In this document: piece by piece, positions 57,669-64,000 of the stretch
How the letters are laid out: every line of letters starts with the position of its first letter
Numbering within the stretch: position 1 is the first letter of the stretch
Assembly: GCA_040398005.1 (NCBI GenBank)
Contig: JBBAUX010000003.1
Coordinates: forward strand, 46,050 to 110,049
Reading direction: 5' to 3'
DNA length: 64,000 nucleotides
Source: Opitutales bacterium
GTDB taxonomy: Bacteria; Verrucomicrobiota; Verrucomicrobiia; Opitutales; UBA953
Program-made: the position numbers and the translations under genes
The notes under the pieces: model-generated
Told to the model about the DNA's origin: nothing
Seen by the model: only the letters and a program-made list of their open reading frames with translations
The model's database searches: none

Positions 57669-58019
57669 TTAGGCGTTGGGTTTTATCACGACTGCGGTGC
57701 CGTAACAAATCACTTCGGTCGCACTCATCTTAACTTCAGACGCATCATAAGCAACTCCGACCACTGCATTTGCACCGAGGGCTTGAGCGTGAGCGACCAT
57801 GTGTTGGTAGGCCGTTTGACGGGCCTGTTCGCACATCTCGGTCCACGCACCTATATTACCTCCGATAATATTTTTAAATCCTCCGAGTATACCTTGGGAT
57901 ATAGTCGGAGAACGAACAATGATACCACGCACAATGCCCTTGTATTCGTTAATACTGTAACCTTCGACGGCAAAAGTAGTCGTTACAATGATGGCGGGTG
58001 GGAGTGGCGGCGGAGTCAT
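57669..58019 (-). CDS. YbjQ/UPF0145 family protein
   Basis: VTTT..VEGY.I.EY.GIV.G, IIGG, AR..A...M...A..LGANAVVGV.YD, YGTAV. Confidence 0.92.
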   Translation of the reverse strand: MTPPPLPPAIIVTTTFAVEGYSINEYKGIVRGIIVRSPTISQGILGGFKNIIGGNIGAWTEMCEQARQTAYQHMVAHAQALGANAVVGVAYDASEVKMSATEVICYGTAVVIKPNA

Positions 58020-58033
58020 GTTTTAAAGTAAAA

Positions 58034-58900
58034 TTAAAAAAGAAGTTGCGGATCATTGGGAAACACAGGATCGCGCATTTCCGAGTTTATTAAAGAAGGC
58101 CAAACAAACAACTTCCCTCCTAGGTTTTTAATTCCTTTATTAAAGTGAACATGTTCGCAAATCATGCGTCGACTGATCTTAAATGCTCCATCCTGGGATG
58201 GCAGTGATTTTATTTTCGAGCCCAAGTAAGGATTAGGATTTTTTAAAATATAGTTCATCCGATAAATCCCCAGTCCACCAAATGCTGAGTCTACCTCAAA
58301 AGGCTTCTGGGATGGCGAGAATGAATGAACTCTCTTTTTAAAAGTTTGGTTAAAGGCCTCCTCGTCAGTGACTTCAGGATGAGCAGCTTTGTAATCCATT
58401 ACTTCCTCCCAGGCGTCACCCGGACAATAGTCTTTGTGACGAAACGCCCAAACATCATAATAAGAGCCCAGTTGATTTGCAAAAACTGCAGCGGCCCGGG
58501 GATCAGAATCAATAAATTTAATCGCTTTATCGAGCTCGCTTATATCAACCGGCCAAGTCGCCATATCATCCATATCAATTAAAATGGCGTAGTCGTATTC
58601 TTTGAAATTTTGATAATTACGTAAACATTCCACATAAGCGTTTCGTAAAATTTCTAATTTAACCGTTCGCACGCCGACACCGTTCAATCCGTCAAAATTC
58701 AGTAAGGTAAAATTTGCCCGATTATTTCCCCACGCAGCGAGAATAGCCTTAGTATTATCAGTGGAATCATTTTCGAGAAAGAGAAAAGCCGACTCCGACG
58801 CCAGGGTGGCCATGTTTTCGAGGTTTCTTAAAACGGCGGGCAGGTACTGAGCGCAGTTTTGAGCTAAACCGATAAAAGCGATTTTGGGCTTGGTTTCCAT
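58034..58900 (-). CDS. GT-A fold glycosyltransferase
   Basis: LAQNC..YLP, ENDSTDNT, LRN.Y, DMD (DxD), YYD.WA.R, V.SAFGG.GIY, CEHV.F. Confidence 0.8.
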   Translation of the reverse strand: METKPKIAFIGLAQNCAQYLPAVLRNLENMATLASESAFLFLENDSTDNTKAILAAWGNNRANFTLLNFDGLNGVGVRTVKLEILRNAYVECLRNYQNFKEYDYAILIDMDDMATWPVDISELDKAIKFIDSDPRAAAVFANQLGSYYDVWAFRHKDYCPGDAWEEVMDYKAAHPEVTDEEAFNQTFKKRVHSFSPSQKPFEVDSAFGGLGIYRMNYILKNPNPYLGSKIKSLPSQDGAFKISRRMICEHVHFNKGIKNLGGKLFVWPSLINSEMRDPVFPNDPQLLF

Positions 58901-58966
58901 TGATTGACCAATCCGTTTTTAAGCCCCTTAAATCTAATGGTCAAGCCACGCTCAATATTTAGCCGA

Positions 58967-59431
58967 TTACTTAGAGTCCTTTTGAAATTCTTCGGCCGTC
59001 CAAGGTGTTTTACGATCCGCGTACTTTGTTTTAATCGCCTTAACCTCATCCTCGGTAACGACCGCACCAGTGTTGCCAAATGAATTTCTTACATAGGTCA
59101 CCACGTCGGCAATATCACCATCACTTAATCCAGCGACAGCTGGCATCATGCTATTGTAGGTGGTGCCTTTAACTGTCACGGGACCGGTCATTCCATGTAA
59201 AATATTTCGCACGGCAACCGAGGGGCTCATCGCCACCCACTCCGAGCCAGCTAACGGAGGAAATACGGGAGGAATGCCTAGTCCTGTCAGCTGGTGACAA
59301 GTAATACAGGTGCGGCTATAAACAGCCTGTCCGCGCTTCATCACTTCCGGTGATGGCGGATTCTTGTCTTCTGCATTAGCCATGACCGAAAGGGCTAGAA
59401 GAAAAGTGAGGCTTAAAACTTTGTGATTCAT
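58967..59431 (-). CDS. Monoheme c-type cytochrome
   Basis: Signal peptide from ATG 59431; CITCH, FPPLAGS.W, MPA, IADV.TYVRNSFGN. Confidence 0.93.
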   Translation of the reverse strand: MNHKVLSLTFLLALSVMANAEDKNPPSPEVMKRGQAVYSRTCITCHQLTGLGIPPVFPPLAGSEWVAMSPSVAVRNILHGMTGPVTVKGTTYNSMMPAVAGLSDGDIADVVTYVRNSFGNTGAVVTEDEVKAIKTKYADRKTPWTAEEFQKDSK

Positions 59432-59616
59432 GATATAACCCAAAGAGTGAATTGTCGTTTTCACAAACCAATCCCTCACTCTTATTTTAGAAATGCGGCG
59501 TTTTAATTCAGCGGCTAAGCGTGGCTTATAGCCTAATAGTACTTAAAATACTTGCGGCTCGGGCGATTTAGTTAAAAAATCCATTAAATTAAAGGTTTTA
59601 AAGAGTCACCTCTTGT

Positions 59617-60372
59617 ATGAAAACGACATTTAACCCCGAACTCGCGCTGAAGAAAATAGATCTTAAAGGCGTGATAAGTATTTTTGATTATCTACCTGGA
59701 GTCATGTTTTTTGCCAAAGATTTAGAGGGGCGATTTATTATGGCGAATCAGGCGTTTGCAGCGCGCTTTGGCTTCAAAAATATTCAGGAAATTTTAGGGA
59801 AGAACGACACCGACACCTGTTCCTCGCCCGAACTTATTTCGCACTATATCAAAAAAGATAGCGAAGTGATTGAATCAGGAAAACCGCAGTTGGGGATCAT
59901 TGAATTGTTTCCTAATGAAAACGGAGAACATGTTTGGTACGAGACCACTAAAATTCCCCTGTGGGATACGGATGGTAAAGTCTGTGGAGTTTGCGGAATT
60001 ATTAAAAGTTACGAAGGCACCAAGGCCTCGATTGAGCCCTATTTACAGGTCGAACGTGCGGCTGAATGCATAAAGCAAAATCTAACCAATCGACTTGATA
60101 TCGATAAAATTTCTAAGCTCTCGGGACTTTCGGTGAGACAGTTTGAAAGAAAATTTCGCAAGGCCTATCAGGTAAGTCCGCGCGGCTATTTAGTACGTAT
60201 GAGAGTGGCGGCAGCGTCTGATTTATTAAAAAATACCAACTTAAGGCCATCGGAAATAGCTGAAAAAACAGGGTTTTACGACGCGAGTGACTTTTCCAGA
60301 AAATTCAAAGCCGCGCTGAAACTCAGCCCCACGGAATATCGGAGACAGCAAATGATTGAAAATAAAGGGTGA
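59617..60372 (+). CDS. AraC-family regulator with N-terminal PAS domain
   Basis: FFAKD.EGRF...N, TTKIPL.D..G.V.G; AraC HTHs LSVRQFERKF and IA..TGFYD.S.FSR.FK. Confidence 0.92.
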   Translation: MKTTFNPELALKKIDLKGVISIFDYLPGVMFFAKDLEGRFIMANQAFAARFGFKNIQEILGKNDTDTCSSPELISHYIKKDSEVIESGKPQLGIIELFPNENGEHVWYETTKIPLWDTDGKVCGVCGIIKSYEGTKASIEPYLQVERAAECIKQNLTNRLDIDKISKLSGLSVRQFERKFRKAYQVSPRGYLVRMRVAAASDLLKNTNLRPSEIAEKTGFYDASDFSRKFKAALKLSPTEYRRQQMIENKG

Positions 60373-60449
60373 TCAATCGGAGGGCTGGCTAACCCGCTCG
60401 ACAGAGAAAATATTTTCCTTATTAGTGTCTGCGTACCCCCACCCTAACT

Positions 60450-62000
60450 ATGAATACCTCATCACCCTCAACCTATAATCCCAGCCGATTACTCTGGGCG
60501 GGATTTTTTGCGATTTTGGCCGCTGGCGCTGGCTTCGCCATCCGTGGCGGAATTTTCGGAGCGTGGGCCGCAGAATACGGATTTACAGCAACGCAACTCG
60601 GCGCCATTGGTGGTGCTGGTTTTTCAGGTTTCTGTTTCGGTATCATCATCGGCGGTCTACTCGTTGATCGACTTGGCTACGGTAAATTAGTCGCCCTCGC
60701 ATTTGTGGGTCACATTATTTCTGCCGTTGTCACCTTCGGGGCCACCGATGCTTCCAACGCTTACAGTTTCCTCTACTGGGGAATGTTTATTTTTGCTTAC
60801 GCCAATGGTACTCTCGAAGCCGTCGCTAATCCTCTCATCGCAACCCTGTTCCCAGAAAAACGCGCACACTATTTAAATATTCTGCACGCTTCTTGGCCAC
60901 TCGGCATGGTGATTGGTGCACTCGCCACTTACGTCCTTGGTTCACTTCTTCATATCGGCTGGAAGGGACAACTCGCCTTCTACCTCGTGCCAACCGTTGG
61001 CTACGCATTACTCTTCTGGAACCAAAACTTCCCTAAATCTGAAGCCGCCGAAAAAGGTGCAAGCTTCTCTGAGATGTTAAAAGATGTCGGCTTACTCGGT
61101 GCAGCAGTCGCTGGATACCTCTTGGCTATTTTCTTGGGTAATATTTTTGGTAACAACCAGATTGGTTACGCGATTGGTGGAGTCATCGTCATCGGCGTCG
61201 GAATTATTACCCGCTTTTCTTTTGGTTCACTCTTACTCTTCGTCCTCTTTATCACCCACGCACTCGTCGGAGCAGTTGAACTAGGAACCGACGGATGGAT
61301 TGAATCGATCACTGGAAATCTTTTCACGGCCGAACAGGGTAAAGTTTTATTCATCTGGACCTCGACGATTATGTTCGGATTGAGATTCTGTGTTGATTTT
61401 ATTGAGAAGCGCTTAGGCCTTTCGCCGATTGGACTTCTCTTTGTCTCAGCGACAACTGCGTTTATCGGACTTCGACTCGCCAGCGGCATGGAGGCTTTCA
61501 CCATTGCGTTGATTGCACTAGGCATCTACGCCGTCGGTAAAACATTCTTCTGGCCAACGATGTTAGCGGTCGTCGGTGATCGCTTCCCACGCTCAGGAGC
61601 CGTGGCGATGTCCATCATGGGTGGAATTGGAATGCTCTCCGCCGGACTCGTGGGCGGTCCAGGCTTAGGCTATGCGAAAGATCGCTACACCGCCGAAGGA
61701 CTTAGCAAAGATGCCCCTGCCGTTTATGAATCCGCCAAAGCGTCCACCGTTTCCAATTATCTGTTCTTAAAACCCGTCACCGCTGTTGATGGAGCTAAAT
61801 TAGAAGCCGCTAAACAAGCCGGTGAAAAAGGTACTCCCGATCAGAAAGCTATCGTGAAAGCTAATCAGCAAGGCGATCGTGCCACTCTTAAAGCGGATTC
61901 CTATATCCCGCTCAGCATGGCGATTATCTATTTACTGCTACTCTTCTACTTCAAACAAATCGGTGGATACCGTGCGCTCAAAATTGATGAGCAAAGTTAG
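60450..62000 (+). CDS. MFS transporter, probably sugar
   Basis: Multi-[44 protein letters not shown]. Confidence 0.9.
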   Translation: MNTSSPSTYNPSRLLWAGFFAILAAGAGFAIRGGIFGAWAAEYGFTATQLGAIGGAGFSGFCFGIIIGGLLVDRLGYGKLVALAFVGHIISAVVTFGATDASNAYSFLYWGMFIFAYANGTLEAVANPLIATLFPEKRAHYLNILHASWPLGMVIGALATYVLGSLLHIGWKGQLAFYLVPTVGYALLFWNQNFPKSEAAEKGASFSEMLKDVGLLGAAVAGYLLAIFLGNIFGNNQIGYAIGGVIVIGVGIITRFSFGSLLLFVLFITHALVGAVELGTDGWIESITGNLFTAEQGKVLFIWTSTIMFGLRFCVDFIEKRLGLSPIGLLFVSATTAFIGLRLASGMEAFTIALIALGIYAVGKTFFWPTMLAVVGDRFPRSGAVAMSIMGGIGMLSAGLVGGPGLGYAKDRYTAEGLSKDAPAVYESAKASTVSNYLFLKPVTAVDGAKLEAAKQAGEKGTPDQKAIVKANQQGDRATLKADSYIPLSMAIIYLLLLFYFKQIGGYRALKIDEQS

Positions 62001-62021
62001 CGAGTAGTTATTTGTTCCTAC

Positions 62022-62052
62022 AAAAAAGGGCAGCCGAATAGCTGCCCTTTTT
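62022..62052. terminator. Bidirectional intrinsic terminator
   Basis: AAAAAAGGGCAGC-CGAATA-GCTGCCCTTTTT between convergent genes. Confidence 0.9.
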
Positions 62053-62071
62053 AATGAACACTAACTCAAGA

Positions 62072-63892
62072 CTATTGACGGGGAGTTAAGGTTACTGAAC
62101 GCAGTCTCATTAATTCTTTACCCGTAATCGTTTCGGTCAGAACTTGGACATTCAGTTCACCAGGCTCCACGGTTACGGTGCCGAGATTTACTTCTACAGC
62201 TTCGCCCATTTTAGTGACCTCTCCTTTGAGTTTCTGATTTCCGATTTCCACAACATAGGTACCGCCGAAGGTATCGGTGTTTTTCTTGATTACAGTTCCG
62301 CCATCAGTCTCAACCTTTTTGTCGGCAACCGGAGCGTCATAGCTGACAACGACATCAAACTTTGTTTTCTGGTTTAAGCGAGATGACCATTTAACGCCGC
62401 ACTCTTTCGACTTCCAATCGGTTACATTCATTGAAATGATTTGGCCACGATTAAGTCTCCAACCAGCTTTATCGGTCTTACCTAATAATTCCGCTGAGAA
62501 AACACTGAGCTTATTAGGAAGGTTATTTTGTAGGAGAAAAGCTGCATCGCCAGTAGGCGCAGCCTTACACTTCACTAAAATAACCGTGTCGGATTGATCA
62601 GGCATATCTTTGGGAATATCGATTTCTAAATCGAGACCGATGCGTTTAATGGATAATTGTTTATCTCGGTTTGATAAAAGAACGGCGCTTTCAACATCAG
62701 CCTTTAATCCGCCAACAACTAATTTGCCGTCCTTCGGCCAATCGAAGACGTGCAGGTAAAGGTTATTTCCTTTTAGAGTAGAATCACCCCAGGCCTGACG
62801 CATGAGAGGAGTGCGGACAGTTCCACGAATGGACTCACCGTTTACATCCCACCACTTACCGATTTCGCTAAGTATGGCTAAATCCTCGGGCGCCATCTTT
62901 CCAGTGCCCATCGGGCCAATATTCAACAGAAGATTTCCACCTTTGGCGGCGGACTTAGCTAAGATATGAATAAAGTGTGCAGGTGACTTGTGTGTCTTAT
63001 CCAACTTGTGATAACCATAAGAGTTATTGGTGGTTGGAATTGCTTCCCAGTCTTTCGCTTCGGGCTGAGTCATTGGACCAAACTCCACCGGACAATCAGG
63101 GGTCGAAAGGTAATCACCGTAGATCGCCCCAGCCACACGTCCGTTAATAATTAAATTAGGATCCTGTTTACGGAGGTAGGCTAAAATTTCTTCGTTCAGT
63201 TCTTTCGGATTGTGGTGCGGAGTATCGCCCCAGAAAAGTGCGGGGTGATAATTTTCGATGAGCTCTTTGATTTGAGGAAAAACTTTTTTCTCAACGACAG
63301 CTTTACGACGTTCTGGACCATTGGGTTCGGGGTAACGTGGGTCGCCAGAAATCGACCAGTCTTGAGCATGCGAATAATAGAAGCCCAATTTTACGCCGTA
63401 TTTATCACACGCTGCTTTTAATTCCTTCATCGGATCACGGCCGAACTTACTCGTCTTTACGACATTGTAGTCATCGACCTTCGAATCAAACATGGCGACG
63501 CCATCATGGTGCATGGAGGTAATCACGATATACTGCATGCCGGTTGCTTTCACAGTTCTGACCCATTCATCCGCATCAAACTCTACAGGATTAAAAGGTT
63601 TTACTACTTTTTCTAAATACTCTGCGCGATTAATTTTCATAATGCGCTGTAGGTGTTCAGCATAACCTTCGACCTTCTGACCCTTCCACTCACCGCCAAA
63701 GGAGGAGTATACTCCCCAGTGGATGAACATACCAAACTTCGCTTCTCTCCACCAAGCTAAGCGGGCATCCTTATTCGGATCCTGCGCGGATGGAATAATT
63801 TGCGGTGCAGCGGCAGCGGTGGTTTGCGCGCGGATATCCCAACTTGGGAAGATGGATAATACAGCGGTGATAAGTAGCAGGGGTAATCGCAT
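62072..63892 (-). CDS. Alpha-L-fucosidase (GH29), secreted
   Basis: WWREAKFGMFIHWG.YS, T..HHDG, GFYYS...DW, FWGD (nucleophile), GGNLLLNIGP; signal peptide from ATG 63892. Confidence 0.92.
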   Translation of the reverse strand: MRLPLLLITAVLSIFPSWDIRAQTTAAAAPQIIPSAQDPNKDARLAWWREAKFGMFIHWGVYSSFGGEWKGQKVEGYAEHLQRIMKINRAEYLEKVVKPFNPVEFDADEWVRTVKATGMQYIVITSMHHDGVAMFDSKVDDYNVVKTSKFGRDPMKELKAACDKYGVKLGFYYSHAQDWSISGDPRYPEPNGPERRKAVVEKKVFPQIKELIENYHPALFWGDTPHHNPKELNEEILAYLRKQDPNLIINGRVAGAIYGDYLSTPDCPVEFGPMTQPEAKDWEAIPTTNNSYGYHKLDKTHKSPAHFIHILAKSAAKGGNLLLNIGPMGTGKMAPEDLAILSEIGKWWDVNGESIRGTVRTPLMRQAWGDSTLKGNNLYLHVFDWPKDGKLVVGGLKADVESAVLLSNRDKQLSIKRIGLDLEIDIPKDMPDQSDTVILVKCKAAPTGDAAFLLQNNLPNKLSVFSAELLGKTDKAGWRLNRGQIISMNVTDWKSKECGVKWSSRLNQKTKFDVVVSYDAPVADKKVETDGGTVIKKNTDTFGGTYVVEIGNQKLKGEVTKMGEAVEVNLGTVTVEPGELNVQVLTETITGKELMRLRSVTLTPRQ

Positions 63893-64000
63893 AAATTTTA
63901 GATTCGGGACTTGGGGATTAGTTCCAGTATTGAAGTTAAATTTCCTGCTCATTACACCAAAGACAATATTTCATTTACCATCATATAGGTTCAGGGGACA

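Noticed and set aside
58034..58051. C-terminal QLLF of the glycosyltransferase as a clamp motif
   Set aside because: Spacing differs from QxxLF and there is no DNA-related context
60406..60417. Palindrome GAAAATATTTTC upstream of the MFS gene
   Set aside because: AT-rich single 12-mer; AraC proteins usually bind direct repeats; no support without comparative data
1..64000. CRISPR arrays, IS elements, prophage, rRNA, and other short antisense or nested ORFs in the track
   Set aside because: No repeat-spacer array, transposase, integrase, virion gene or rRNA seen; nested ORFs overlap well-supported genes and lack motifs

Overview
A gene-dense 64 kb stretch of core chromosome. Gene content, including an Amuc_1098-1102-type secretin/pilus cluster, points to a Verrucomicrobia genome, most likely a streamlined Opitutae (inference). 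It holds housekeeping genes (accBC, prmB, folE2, def, ptsH, pdhABC, dacA, recA, radC, can, ftsK, prfA, tcdA, purC), tRNA-Arg(UCU), tRNA-Thr(CGU), a probable 6S RNA, a Zn/Mn ABC transporter with a Zur-like operator, an AbrB-Doc toxin-antitoxin pair with a tandem palindromic operator, an ebo cluster (eboB-E-C-D-F, no eboA), and an AraC regulator, MFS transporter and GH29 fucosidase at the end. I see no integrase, transposase, prophage or CRISPR array. Best leads: (1) two adjacent unknown paralogues, each made of two copies of a ~120-aa beta/helical-hairpin/beta unit; (2) an ebo operon with a 90-aa ORF in the eboA position and extra upstream genes; (3) beta-clamp-type QxxLF tails on a stand-alone flap endonuclease and on a HAD hydrolase next to ftsK; (4) a Tsr3/DTW-like protein of unknown substrate; (5) a GAAC-N4-GTTC box at recA, inverted relative to the motif described for Verrucomicrobium. 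All family calls come from reading motifs by eye; no database searches were run.
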